A DNA stretch of 63,120 bases, the filler included, from Octopus bimaculoides (lineage: Eukaryota), in assembly GCF_001194135.2 (NCBI RefSeq). It is 8 parts of 8 records of this genome, joined end to end, with 100 filler letters (N's around TTAATTAATTAA, not from the genome) between each part and the next. Parts side by side here need not be neighbours in the genome. Positions count along the whole stretch, not along the records: positions 47,374 to 53,003 come from NC_069004.1; positions 53,104 to 59,660 come from NC_069005.1; positions 59,761 to 61,924 come from NC_068983.1; positions 62,025 to 63,120 come from NW_026340442.1; 4 more parts are not named here. One strand, given 5' to 3'. Positions within the stretch are counted from its first letter, which is position 1, and each line of letters starts with the position of its first letter. Shown piece by piece: positions 50,640-63,120 of this stretch. The translations under genes were made by a program, and so were the position numbers. The notes under the pieces were generated by a model. It made no database searches and had not been told where the DNA came from. It saw only the letters and a list, made by a program, of their open reading frames with translations.

Positions 50640-51010
50640 AATAAGGCGCTTATGGTTGCAAAGCATGGAGTCTGAGAGAATTTGAAGAGAACATAATCAA
50701 TGCGTTTGAAATGTGGGTGATTAGGTGATTGTTACGAGTCTCTTAGAAGAACCATCGGACAAATGAATGGGCGTTACAAAAAAAATAGGTGAAAAATGAC
50801 AACTGAACACTATTAAAGAACAAAAACTCATCTATTTTCGGGGAAGCAGATGTCTGGAAAACATTATCATGGAAGGAAGAGTAGAGGATAGTAGATCAAG
50901 AAGCAGACAAAGAACGTAATGGATGGACAATATCATGAGCTGATTGGACAAAAGCGGCAAAACAGTTGGAGAACTCGCGCTAACTTGAGAAGAATTTTGC
51001 TGTAATATCA
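50640..51010 (+). mobile_element. Degraded RTE (BovB-like) LINE C-terminal region
   Basis: Fragments INAFEMW, RTNEW, LENIIMEGRVEDSRSRSRQRT*WMDNI. Confidence 0.7.
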
Positions 51011-51489
51011 TCAATGGACTGCAGGCGTACGGTATATAGTGACAAAGTGAGTTTAAAGCGGGTACTATTTAGTAGTGAAATATTTGAAGGTTCTTCAATA
51101 CTTATGGAAGTAGTCCATCGTTAGATTAGTTCTTGAATTTAATAAATTTAATTTTGAGTTAAGTATACAAAGATCACATATCTATTTAGAAGCATTTGGG
51201 TTGTTATTTCTAGCAGATAAGGTTTGGCTGATATACGCCATCTTGGTTGGCGTTTGTCAGATGATGTAAGACATCAAGGGGGAGATAAATGCCATTCACT
51301 TCGTTGTCGAGATAAGAACTTTGGGACAAATTGGCCAACAGTTGGAATTCAACTTGGGACAGAAACAATAGAATGGTTGCATTACAGAATTAATTCTCGT
51401 CCGTCTTTAACCTCTGATCAAACACCACCGGGGCATATAGCTATTATAAACGTATTGTAGTCATGTAGGAGCTATCTTAAAAATCTATA

Positions 51490-51972
51490 CACACACATAC
51501 ACGACAAAATTCCACACAGCTTCCGTCTACCAAATTTACTCTGGGGCATTGGTTATCGGCCCGGTTGCTACGCTAGAAGACACTTTCCCAAGGTGCTGCA
51601 CGGTGGGGCTCGACCCGAAACCCCACGTGGTTGCAAAGCGAAATACGTAACCATATAACCATGATTGTTATTTATAACATCTTTGCTTGTTCTTGTTGTT
51701 GCTGCTACTGCTGGAGTTACAACAACAGCACTTCATCAATATGCCGGTTTTTTAGACGCTAAATTACGGGGACCCTTTGTCATGCAGCAGAGAGGTACGA
51801 ACTCAAACGCAGTGTCACAAACACAGGGTTTCCATCAACCAAATTCTCTCACAAAGCATAAGCCGACCCAGAACTATAGTGGAAGATACTTGCCCAAGGT
51901 GCCACGCAGTGAGACTGAACCCGAAAGCTCGAGATTTCAAAGTGAGCTTCTTAACGATACAGCTATGCTTGT
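51490..51972 (-). mobile_element. Two diverged SINE family B 5' parts
   Basis: Units at about 51490-51662 and 51815-51972, each with agaagacac/tacttgcccaaggtgc. Confidence 0.7.
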
Positions 51973-51977
51973 GTCTA

Positions 51978-52155
51978 TCTACGGAATGATCAACAGGGTA
52001 AAAGCTTCTTTGCCAATGGCATCCACGCACTGCAACAGCGAAAGAAGAAGTGTGTGGACCGCAAGGGGGGGGGACTATGTTGAAAAATAAACCTCGTTTG
52101 GTTACATTACATGAGAGTATCTTGGTCAGCCTATGAACTTTTCAGCCGACCCATA
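51978..52155 (+). mobile_element. Mariner transposon 3' remnant (transposase C-terminus plus right TIR)
   Basis: DQQGKSFFANGIHALQQRKKKCVDRKG..DYVEK*, followed by TIR gcctatgaacttttcagccgaccca and TA. The TIR core is shared with the MITE at 8581. Confidence 0.8.
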
Positions 52156-52267
52156 TGTGTGTATGTGTGTAAGTGTGAGTGAGTGTGTGCGAATGTATTT
52201 GTGAGCGTGTGTGCGTGCGTCCAGTTGCAAGGCTTTGGTCGACCCGAGAGAAAAGTAGAAGACACTT

Positions 52268-52306
52268 TCTCCTCAGTGGGCGCCATCTGACTACCATTTG
52301 TTCCCC
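52268..52306 (+). mobile_element. Isolated mariner catalytic-motif fragment
   Basis: SPQWAPSDYHLFP resembles the mariner YSPDLAPSDYHLF motif that carries the third catalytic Asp. Confidence 0.55.
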
Positions 52307-52349
52307 ATATCTGATGTATATATTTAAATTTTAAACTTTTTTTTTACAT

Positions 52350-52682
52350 ATTTGAGTTATTCAATGGCGGCTATGCTGGGGCACCTTCTTGAGGAGTTTA
52401 GTCCAACAAAGTGACCCCGTTACTTATTTTCTAAAGATCTGCTACGTATTCTATCGGTTGCATTTGCCCAACCATGAAGCTGTAGAAGCGTAAACAAACC
52501 AGCACCGGTTGTCAAGTAGTTGGGTGACAAACACACACACACGCGCACACAGACTCCCCCCCCCCACAAATATACATATATTTACATATGCATACAGACG
52601 CTCATGCATATTTCCACACACACAAACACACACATATACACAACGGGCTTCCACAGTTTCCGTCAACCAAATTCACTCTCAA
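52350..52682 (-). mobile_element. SINE family B 3' part, diverged
   Basis: tatgctggggcacc..gtattctatcggtt..aaaccagcaccggttgtcaag..cagtttccgtcaaccaaattcact. Confidence 0.7.
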
Positions 52683-53973
52683 TTACTCAGAAAACATTCA
52701 TTTTTCTTATTATGTGTGAGTGTGTATGAATATGTGTGTATGTGTGCATATGAGTGTGCGTGTCTGTGTATTTGTATGTGTATGCATGTGTAAGTATACA
52801 CGTGTTTGTGTATCTGTGTTCGTTTATGCATGTATGTGTGTGTATGCGTGCGTGCATGCATGTGCATGTGAGTGAGCGAGCGTGTGTATGTGTATGCTTG
52901 TATGTATGTGTGTGAGTGAGTGTGAGTGTGCGAGTGTGTGTGTGTGTGTGTGTGTGTGTGTTGTGTGTGTGTTGTGTGTGTGTGTGTACGTGTGTGTCTG
53001 TGTNNNNNNNNNNNNNNNNNNNNNNNNNNNNNNNNNNNNNNNNNNNNTTAATTAATTAANNNNNNNNNNNNNNNNNNNNNNNNNNNNNNNNNNNNNNNNN
53101 NNNAATAAAGCATTATTTAGTTTTGCTTTATTGTTTGTTTTTCTCTTTGCTTTTTCTACGTTTTTTTCTTGTCCTATTTTCCCTTTCCCATCGTCATTCA
53201 TTATACTGCATCTCCCCCGCCAACCTACCCCACCACCTTTTTCCTCTCTATCACACACACACATACACACACATTCACACACCCAGTATGTCTACCCTCC
53301 TTTTCCTCATTATGATTTTTCCTTTTATTTTTCTTCTTCACTTTTTTTCTTCTCTCTTTTGATCTTTTCCTTCTTCATTTTCCTCTTCTTTCTCTCCCTC
53401 CATATTTCTGACCAGCAGGTCTTCCTTATTTCATCCTCCCCTTCCCTACATCTCCTTACTTCCACCACCAACTCCTCCTCCTCCTCCTTCTGCCTCCTTA
53501 ATTTTTACTCCTCCGCCCTTCCATACTTTCTCCACAGTTGATCGTACAACAGACCTATAACGTTTGTTGCGCGCAATACACACACACACACACACAAACA
53601 TACACATATTCATACATCCAAGGACACAAACTGATTTACACAGACACACGCGCATACAAAGACACACACACATATATATATATATACACACACACATATA
53701 TATGTATATACACGCATTAACAAATCCGCACTTTCACATTCATAAACATATAAATGACATATATACACAAACAAGAACGAATAAAAACAAACACATGCAT
53801 ATACGCACACACACGCTCATATACATACATACATACATACATACATACATACATACATACATACATACATACGTACATACATACATACACACGCTTCAGT
53901 GCACACCTGAAGTGAGAAAAATAAGCAGGGAAAGAATAGAGACACACATACATACCCACACACTCATAATACA

Positions 53974-54017
<44 letters not shown>

Positions 54018-54153
54018 TACACACACAAATACATACGCGTGCGCGAACGCATGCACGCACATACGCGCGCGTATTTTTAGACAAATCCAAGCTTAGGTAT
54101 TGACATATCTACATGTGTATGTCTATATATGTATATATATATATATGTATATA

Positions 54154-54184
<31 letters not shown>

Positions 54185-55911
54185 NNNNNNNNNNNNNNNN
54201 NNNNNNNNNNNNNNNNNNNNNNNNNNNNNNNNNNNNNNNNNNNNNNNNNNNNNNNNNNNNNNNNNNNNNNNNNNNNNNNNNNNNNNNNNNNNNNNNNNNN
54301 NNNNNNNNNNNNNNNNNNNNNNNNNNNNNNNNNNNNNNNNNNNNNNNNNNNNNNNNNNNNNNNNNNNNNNNNNNNNNNNNNNNNNNNNNNNNNNNNNNNN
54401 NNNNNNNNNNNNNNNNNNNNNNNNNNNNNNNNNNNNNNNNNNNNNNNNNNNNNNNNNNNNNNNNNNNNNNNNNNNNNNNNNNNNNNNNNNNNNNNNNNNN
54501 NNNNNNNNNNNNNNNNNNNNNNNNNNNNNNNNNNNNNNNNNNNNNNNNNNNNNNNNNNNNNNNNNNNNNNNNNNNNNNNNNNNNNNNNNNNNNNNNNNNN
54601 NNNNNNNNNNNNNNNNNNNNNNNNNNNNNNNNNNNNNNNNNNNNNNNNNNNNNNNNNNNNNNNNNNNNNNNNNNNNNNNNNNNNNNNNNNNNNNNNNNNN
54701 NNNNNNNNNNNNNNNNNNNNNNNNNNNNNNNNNNNNNNNNNNNNNNNNNNNNNNNNNNNNNNNNNNNNNNNNNNNNNNNNNNNNNNNNNNNNNNNNNNNN
54801 NNNNNNNNNNNNNNNNNNNNNNNNNNNNNNNNNNNNNNNNNNNNNNNNNNNNNNNNNNNNNNNNNNNNNNNNNNNNNNNNNNNNNNNNNNNNNNNNNNNN
54901 NNNNNNNNNNNNNNNNNNNNNNNNNNNNNNNNNNNNNNNNNNNNNNNNNNNNNNNNNNNNNNNNNNNNNNNNNNNNNNNNNNNNNNNNNNNNNNNNNNNN
55001 NNGAGAAAAAAATGAATATGTATGTTTAGATGGATATATATATGCATGCATGCATATATATATATATATATGCATGTATGTATGTATGTATGTATTGAGA
55101 TATACGTGTGTATGAATTATCTGAAAGTATGTGTGCATACATACATACATACATACATACAAATGTGTGTGCGTGTGTGTCTGTGTGTGTGTATGTGCGT
55201 GTGTGTTTGTATACGTACGTATACGCATACGCCATATACCGTCACCTACATTTGCCCGATTTCATTCACATAACTCGATTCACAATACAGACACAACCAC
55301 ACCATAGACCCATGGACGCAGCATCGCACGCACACACACACACACCGTTACACAATATCTCAGACAACAGTCTGTCCTTCTTTCTCTCTTTCCCCCTCTC
55401 CCTCTCTTTTACTACACACCACAAACATACACATACTTACAATACGTTAGGACCTTTCACACACACGCACACGCACACACACACACATACGCACACGCAC
55501 ACACGTTACATTCACTTTACAACTTCCTCGAAACTGTAGCTCGTCCTCTCCCATTTTTCTCTCCCTCCGTCTCCCTCCCCTTCCTCCTCCTCCACTGCTC
55601 TTTCTACTTCTCCTCTTCCTCCTCTCTTTTCTCTCTTTAAAATCTATTTTTGGCTCCGCTCTCTTTCTCTCTTTCCTTCCTCGTCTCATAACTTTCTCCT
55701 ACTACTCCTGCCTCCCACTCCTTCATTGTTTTCACTTCTCTTTTTCTTTCTTTCTTCCTTGCTTTCTTTCTTTCTTCCTTGCTTTCTTTCTTTCTTTCTT
55801 TTGCGGGGTTTTTTCTTGATTTGTCTTCAGTTTTTCTCATTCTGTCTCTCTATCCGACATAGCTACAACTATCACACACACACACAGACTCACAGACACA
55901 CGCACACACAC

Positions 55912-56118
<207 letters not shown>

Positions 56119-56571
56119 TGACTAACTGACCCTCGAATATCTATCTCTCTTTCTCGCCTCACCTCCTTTCTTCTTTCTTTCTCTTTCCCACACTCTCTCG
56201 CTTACACTAACTCTCTTTCACACACACACACACACTTTCCTTTCCACTAGACTCTACGCTTATAATCTTATCTTCGTTCTCCTATACTTTCCTTATCTAA
56301 CCTCTTCTCTATTGGTGACCATACTCTCACTTCCCCCCACTCTGCATCATCACCACGCCCCCACCATTCCTTACTTTTTATTCCTTTTCTCTATTAATTT
56401 CCTCATTTTTTCTCTTCCTTTTTCTTTTTATCCTGCTTTTTTCTTTTGCCACAAATATTTCTTTACGTCACCTTTAACTAAAACACACACACCTATCTCT
56501 CTCTCTCTCTCTATCTATCTATCTACCTGTCTGTCTACCTGTCTGTCTGTCTGTCTGTGTCTCTGTCTTCA

Positions 56572-56941
56572 AGTTTTTGTTTTACTAGTTTCAGTCATTT
56601 GACTGCGGCCATGCTGGGGCATCGTCTCGTAAGGTCTTCGTCGAAGAAATCAACCCCAAATGTCTTTATTCTTTAACGTCGGGTACTTCAATCTATATTG
56701 CCTGACCGCTAAGTTTACGGGGATGCAAACAAACCAGCACCGGTTGCCAAGCTGTGCTGGGAAACAAACACAAAGTCACATTTACACACACACACACACA
56801 CACACATTATATGTATTTCCGTTTCCGTCTACCTAATCCAATCACAAAGCTTTGGTCAGCATGAAGGTATAGTTGAAGAAATTAACCCAAGGTGCCGCGC
56901 AGTGAGACTGAACCCGGGACCAAGCGGTTGGGAAGCAAACT
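56572..56941 (-). mobile_element. SINE family B, truncated by gap
   Basis: tttcagtcatttgactgcggccatgctgggg..ccaaggtgccgcgcagtgagactgaacccggga. Confidence 0.8.
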
Positions 56942-57889
56942 NNNNNNNNNNNNNNNNNNNNNNNNNNNNNNNNNNNNNNNNNNNNNNNNNNNNNNNNNNN
57001 NNNNNNNNNNNNNNNNNNNNNNNNNNNNNNNNNNNNNNNNNNNNNNNNNNNNNNNNNNNNNNNNNNNNNNNNNNNNNNNNNNNNNNNNNNNNNNNNNNNN
57101 NNNNNNNNNNNNNNNNNNNNNNNNNNNNNNNNNNNNNNNNNNNNNNNNNNNNNNNNNNNNNNNNNNNNNNNNNNNNNNNNNNNNNNNNNNNNNNNNNNNN
57201 NNNNNNNNNNNNNNNNNNNNNNNNNNNNNNNNNNNNNNNNNNNNNNNNNNNNNNNNNNNNNNNNNNNNNNNNNNNNNNNNNNNNNNNNNNNNNNNNNNNN
57301 NNNNNNNNNNNNNNNNNNNNNNNNNNNNNNNNNNNNNNNNNNNNNNNNNNNNNNNNNNNNNNNNNNNNNNNNNNNNNNNNNNNNNNNNNNNNNNNNNNNN
57401 NNNNNNNNNNNNNNNNNNNNNNNNNNNNNNNNNNNNNNNNNNNNNNNNNNNNNNNNNNNNNNNNNNNNNNNNNNNNNNNNNNNNNNNNNNNNNNNNNNNN
57501 NNNNNNNNNNNNNNNNNNNNNNNNNNNNNNNNNNNNNNNNNNNNNNNNNNNNNNNNNNNNNNNNNNNNNNNNNNNNNNNNNNNNNNNNNNNNNNNNNNNN
57601 NNNNNNNNNNNNNNNNNNNNNNNNNNNNNNNNNNNNNNNNNNNNNNNNNNNNNNNNNNNNNNNNNNNNNNNNNNNNNNNNNNNNNNNNNNNNNNNNNNNN
57701 NNNNNNNNNNNNNNNNNNNNNNNNNNNNNNNNNNNNNNNNNNNNNNNNNNNNNNNNNNNNNNNNNNNNNNNNNNNNNNNNNNNNNNNNNNNNNNNNNNNN
57801 NNNNNNNNNNNNNNNNNNNNNNNNNNNNNNNNNNNNNNNNNNNNNNNNNNNNNNNNNNNNNNNNNNNNNNNNNNNNNNNNNNNNNNNCA

Positions 57890-58045
57890 GCCTTGTCACA
57901 CTCTGTGTCACGCTGAATATCTCCGAGAACTACGTTAAGGGTTCACGTGTCTGTGGAGTGTTCAGCCACTTGCACGTTAATTTCACGAGCAGGCTGTTCC
58001 GTTGATCGGATCAACTGGAACCCTCGGCGTCGGAGTGCCAGCAAC
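57890..58045 (+). mobile_element. SINE family C 3' part
   Basis: cagccttgtcacactctgtgtcacgctgaatatc..gatcggatcaactggaaccctc matches the reverse complement of 17710-17880. Confidence 0.85.
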
Positions 58046-58374
58046 AAATACCAAATTAGTGATTCAAAACGCGATTACGCACCAAGGAGAAACAAATGGG
58101 TTTTTTTTTTTGGTTTTTTGTTTTTTTGTGTGTGATGATTCGTAAGAAATGGCACCATGTTTCGTTGTACTAAAGTCATCAAAAAATTGAGAATTTCTTC
58201 GAATAAGCGTCACGGAGAGCGACTATGAAACTATGTAGAATTTATGAGGATCAATAATGGATTAGATATTCGAATACCAAAGGGTTTTCTGTTCTTGAGG
58301 GTTTGTAAATAAAATGGGTTTATTTGAAAATGAATTTAGAAAAATATGGCCGTGTGTAGGTATGAATAGTAAGA

Positions 58375-58380
58375 TAGATA

Positions 58381-58416
<36 letters not shown>

Positions 58417-58427
58417 TAGATAGGTAA

Positions 58428-58497
<70 letters not shown>

Positions 58498-58523
58498 GGA
58501 TGGATAGATGGATGGATAGATAG

Positions 58524-58587
<64 letters not shown>

Positions 58588-58735
58588 TGAGAGAAAGAGA
58601 GTCAGAGAGAAGGAAGACGTTGGAAGAAGATACGGTGAGATACAGAGAAGGATGTTTGTGTGTGTGTGTGTGTGTGTGCGTGCGAGCGCGTACGTATGTA
58701 TGTATGTATGTATGTATGTATGTATGTATGTATAT
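58375..58735. repeat. Compound (TA)n/(GATA)n/(TG)n/(TATG)n microsatellites
   Basis: Direct reading. Confidence 0.95.
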
Positions 58736-58744
58736 ATGCATGTC

Positions 58745-59180
58745 CATTATTCAGTTTTATTTCAAGATTTCTTGCCAATAGAGAAAGAACCGGTTTCTAA
58801 CCTCGATTCAGGGCTGCTTCATTGGAATTTCAATATCAACAACAGGATGTTTTTGTACATGTTTGTATGTATGTGCAGATTTGTATGTTTTTTTTATGTA
58901 TGTATTCTCATGCATAAGGTTGCATATCTAGATATGCTCATATATACTTAAATACTAAACTTCTGGAAAGTTTCACAGATTCTTACAGTTCCAGTGATGG
59001 ATTGGACCTGTAGTCTTTTAATTAGTTTTCTCCTTTCTGGTTTTGAGAAACCTAATTTCTCAAGATTGGTATTTAGGGAGTGTTACAAATCCTAGTGCCC
59101 TAATAATTACAGGTATAGACCTGAACTTCTAATTTGGGTAGAGTAACGTTAGATTCCTCAATAGTTCAGCATAGGTGTTC
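58745..59180 (-). mobile_element. 3' end (RLE C-terminus plus 3'UTR) of an R4-like non-LTR element
   Basis: Minus strand AELLRNLTLLYPN*KFRSIPVIIRALG..LEKLGFSKPERRKLIKRLQVQSITGTVRICETFQKFSI*, followed by a UTR ending at (TATG)n. Confidence 0.72.
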
Positions 59181-59602
59181 TCTTTTTCCAAGGCCTCGAA
59201 TTTGGGGGTAGGGATTAAGTCGATTACATCGACTCAAGTGCGTAACTGGTACTTATTTGATCAATCCCCCGAAAGAATGAAAGGAAAAGTCAACCTCGGC
59301 GGAATTTGAACTCAGAACGCAGCGACAGACAAAATACCGCTAAGCATTTCGCCCGGCGTGCTAACAATTCTTTTCTTTTCTTTTCTTTTCTTTTCTACTC
59401 TAGGCACAAGGCCCGAAATTTTAGGGGATGGGGCCAATCGATTAGATCGGCCCCAGTACGTAACTGGTACTTAATTTATCGACCCCGAAAGAATGAAAGG
59501 CAAAGTCAACCTCGGCGGAATTTGAACTCAGAACGTCGCGACAGACGAAATTCGGCTCAGCATTTCGCCTAGCGTGCTGACGATTCTACCTGCTCGCCGC
59601 CC
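59180..59602 (-). mobile_element. Two tandem SINE family A copies
   Basis: Units at about 59180-59370 and 59390-59602, followed by (TAA)n. Confidence 0.85.
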
Positions 59603-59660
<58 letters not shown>

Positions 59661-60029
59661 NNNNNNNNNNNNNNNNNNNNNNNNNNNNNNNNNNNNNNNN
59701 NNNNTTAATTAATTAANNNNNNNNNNNNNNNNNNNNNNNNNNNNNNNNNNNNNNNNNNNNCTAGTGTTATGTTTCCCTCGGGTGACTCGTAGAGATAACA
59801 CAACGAGTTATACAATTTAATTATTACATTTATTGTTCAATTACATACAAAGAACGCACTCACCCAATGTTCGTTATGAATAAACAAAAGTCATGTCCGC
59901 CATATATATATCAATGACATTTTACTACGACAGTCCCACAAGACAACAACAATGAAACAATGAACTCAGACGAACCACATGACACACGGAACGTCAGACG
60001 AATTACATATCTAACAGTCCATATAACAG

Positions 60030-60600
60030 CTAGACTACAAGAAAGCCTTTGACTCTGTTCCCCACTTATGGATGCTAGAAGTCCTTCAACTTGCTAAAGT
60101 TTCAGTGAGCATAGTCAAAGCCAAAGCTGATCTGACTCCATTGTGGAGCACCATCTTGAAATTAAACACAAAGAGTGACTGTATTATCACTGATAGAATA
60201 CAGTATCACAAAGGCATATTCCAAGGGGACTACTTTTCTGTGATGCTGTTTATATTTTCTGTAAACCCCTTGTCATTCATGTTAAGGAAGTCTGAACGAT
60301 ATCTCACTGGTTCACAAGGAAACAGAAATACCAAAATTAGACACTGTTTCTTCGTAGACAACTTGAAACTTTATGCAAAGAATATGCATGAGACGAAAAA
60401 GAGCCTTGATCTAGTTACAACATTCTCAAAGGATGTAGGGTTGGGGTTTGGTCAGGATAAATGTTATATGGTTGTGAAAAGGGGGAAAACTGTAAAGCAG
60501 ACTAGCAACATCTCCATCGGTGACTTGATTGTTTCCTCTATATCTGACGAGGAATGTTACAGATATCTAGGGGTAGATGAAAACATATCTTACATGCATG
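60030..60600 (+). mobile_element. R4/Dong-like (RLE) reverse transcriptase fragment
   Basis: Open frame LDYKKAFDSVPH..GIFQGDYFSVMLF..NPLSFML..FVDNLKLY..FSKDVGLGFGQDKC..YRYLGVDE. The catalytic DD reads DN. Confidence 0.85.
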
Positions 60601-60603
60601 CTA

Positions 60604-60653
<50 letters not shown>

Positions 60654-60674
60654 AATGCAATTGTGTGTGTGTTT

Positions 60675-60945
60675 GGGATCTTTTCTGTTTGGTTGCACCT
60701 GTGGAAATTTTAAAGCTTAGTGAAAATTTTAAAATTTGGTGTATTGATGCAATTTTCCAGACTAAATTTCAGGGGCTAATACACTTTTTCCAGAAATTAA
60801 AAAAAAAAAAGTTACAGAGGTTTAAAGTTTAAATTTTTACCCAGTCAGAAAACAGAATTTGGAAGCTGTCATTTTGTGCGTGACAGCACATTTTGCCAAC
60901 TGTAAACAAATGAAATATTGGCAGAATTCTGTTTTATGCATGCCA
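60675..60945. mobile_element. Second copy (inverted, partial) of the 49140-49389 repeat
   Basis: Begins with the same TIR gggatcttttctgtttggttgc. Shares aaaatttggtgta, cagaggtttaaagttt, cagtcagaaaaca and cagaattctgtttta blocks with the reverse complement of 49140-49389. Confidence 0.7.
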
Positions 60946-61182
60946 TATAACCTCTCATAACTCCTTTAATTTTTGGGAATTTACTCTGTATACACACACG
61001 CATTTATACATATACATACATAAATACACAATCTGATTCTTTCCCCCTCCATCTACCAAAATCAACTCACAAGGACGACAGACAGACAGACAGACAGTCA
61101 GACAAACAGACAGATATCCCAAAGTGTATTTTGTTTTACATGAATTATCTTGAAGGAACATAAAGAATATATTTGCCATTAC

Positions 61183-61271
61183 CTGTTGTTGAACAGATGT
61201 GAACACTAATGGTTTAATGTCCATCCCAGACTTTCTTTTCTGAGGTTTACCAGATTTAGATGTTTTTGAGG
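61183..61271 (-). CDS. Candidate internal coding exon of an unidentified gene (K/S-rich peptide)
   Basis: Minus-strand acceptor tttatgttttgtatatctctacag and donor CAG|gtaatg. 89 nt, only one frame open: (x)SKTSKSGKPQKRKSGMDIKPLVFTSVQQQ. No family recognised. Confidence 0.5.
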
Positions 61272-61606
61272 CTGTAGAGATATACAAAACATAAATAACA
61301 AATATTTCTTTCATATACTGTATGTCAGGCTGAATAGTTATACCTAGCATGTCTACCACAACCTTTTTATATAATATGTATTTCAAACATTGTACATACT
61401 GCACTATTTATCACACAGTTCACTATACAAGACAATACAACATCATATATTACACAGAATATAAAACTACATGCCACATTGTATATTACACTATATGTAA
61501 TAGACCACACTATACACTATAAAATACATTATATACTGCAAAATAAGCTATCCACTGCCATTATATTTTATACCACTCTATATATTACACATTACATTTC
61601 ACCAAA

Positions 61607-61924
61607 TTAGCAGTGGAGGTGGGTGCACTGAAAGCGTAGCTGCTAGAATTAGAATAGCCTGGGCAAAGTTCAGAGAGCTCTTACCTCTGCTGGCGACAAA
61701 GGGTTTCTCTCTCAGAGTAAAAGGCAGATTGTATGACGCATGTGTACGAGCAGCCATGCTTCATGGCAGTGAAACATGGGCCGTGACTGCTGAGGACATG
61801 CGTAGGCTCGCAAGGAACGAAGCCAGTATGCTCCGATGGATGTGTAATGTCAGTGTGCATACTAGACAGAGTATCAGTACCTTGAGGGAAAAGTTGAACT
61901 TACGAAGCATCAGTTGTAGTGTGC
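61607..61924 (+). mobile_element. RTE-clade LINE C-terminal ORF fragment, well preserved, truncated by gap
   Basis: Open frame SGGGCTESVAARIRIAWAKFRELLPLLATKGFSLRVKGRLYDACVRAAMLHGSETWAVTAEDMRRLARNEASMLRWMCNVSVH. Confidence 0.88.
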
Positions 61925-63120
61925 NNNNNNNNNNNNNNNNNNNNNNNNNNNNNNNNNNNNNNNNNNNNTTAATTAATTAANNNNNNNNNNNNNNNNNNNN
62001 NNNNNNNNNNNNNNNNNNNNNNNNGGGTCAGTTTTAATTTATAGACTAGTTTATCAAACCTTGTGTATCTAAGGCTGAGAGAATAAAGGGCATTATCTGT
62101 TAGAGGTAGGGCTGAGAGAGCAGACAGAAATCATAGTTCGTATAGACATAAAAATCATGAGGTTTGGTAAAGGAAAACTTAAAACAAGATGACAATTAAG
62201 GGGGGTCGCCCACTAGCAGACCATTGATAATGAAACAGGGGAAGTCTTATCATGTAGTACTGAAGTTAAATGTTTTAAAACAATGTTGCTATATTGTATA
62301 CATATAAAGTTTATGGCTATTCAGAGAGTTATTAAAAAGAATATATTAACAAAAAGATAGAAATTTATGGATACTTTTGAGTATATAACAAAGTATTACC
62401 ACAATAGAGGGAGGAAAAGAAATTATTCAGAAATAGTTTAATATTTATACATATTGTACACTTAAATACTAACTCATCAGATGGTATATCTATTAATATC
62501 AATAAAGAAGATTTATAGAAAAAGTATAATAATTCAAAATATATTGCACTAAAAGTTATATATTTACTTATTTAGCTAATATTAATATTCACAGATACCA
62601 TCTGATAAGTTAGTATTTAGGTTTCGAACTTTAATTAGCAAATAAAATACTTTGCTAGTTGAAGTTCTCATCAGGGGATATGCCAAAATATTAGCATATA
62701 AATTAGAGACAAAATAACATATGTCTCATCCTTATATATTATAATTTTTCAAATCCTCTGCGCAAGCACAGTTTCAAATGCTGGCGTGTAAAGATTCCAA
62801 TTAAACTTCAGAAATTGCTAAAATCATTTCTTAAATGTAATATAGAGTAAGAAAAATTATAGAAATTTTTACATCCAGTGGCCTAGCATGTATACAAAGT
62901 CATTAGACATATTTTTCATATATAAATTAGTGTACATTTAAACACAAATAGGCGAGCCTTAACAGGTAGCCTAACATACTAGAAGGAAGAGTCAAGAAGT
63001 CTAAACCACAGTTCAGAGCAATTTTGAAGAGAATGAAAAATAAAGACATTTACCATGTTTTACAGCAAATTATTTTATTTGCTAATTAAAGTTCGAAGCC
63101 TAAGGTCCGACTGTAATATA

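Noticed and set aside
51224-51460. 78-aa ORF and hydrophobic frame KVWLIYAILVGVCQM with gtaaga donor
   Set aside because: There is no recognisable family and the acceptor overlaps an old SINE motif, so support is insufficient.

Overview
Eukaryotic, AT-rich, microsatellite-saturated and heavily gapped genomic scaffold. The SINE/LINE repertoire suggests a coleoid cephalopod, probably Octopus (inference from recalled repeat families, not a search). Most ORFs in the supplied track are artefacts of (CA)n/(TA)n repeats and N-runs. Real coding signal is sparse. Two phase-0 exons (16087-16152 and 22489-22590, + strand, canonical AG/GT) splice into VETSLNASTKSAKRCVWQAKKK|MPDCQNHIRLIARNGTTLLVCGTGAYQPTTYHLD, a Sema-domain segment with class-2 semaphorin features. 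Two further orphan exon candidates lie at 61183-61271 (-) and 48374-48439 (+). The rest is transposon debris: at least five SINE-like families (several with target-site duplications, many in tandem), R4/Dong-type RLE retrotransposons in (TAA)n, RTE, CR1/L2-like and L1/Tx1-like RT fragments, mariner remnants and a MITE, a Helitron-like piece, and Penelope-like terminal repeats carrying minimal hammerhead-like motifs. Several long inverted repeats could form dsRNA. Seven 100-bp gaps contain an artificial TTAATTAATTAA linker, so contiguity across them is unproven. No CRISPR array, rRNA or intact tRNA gene was seen.
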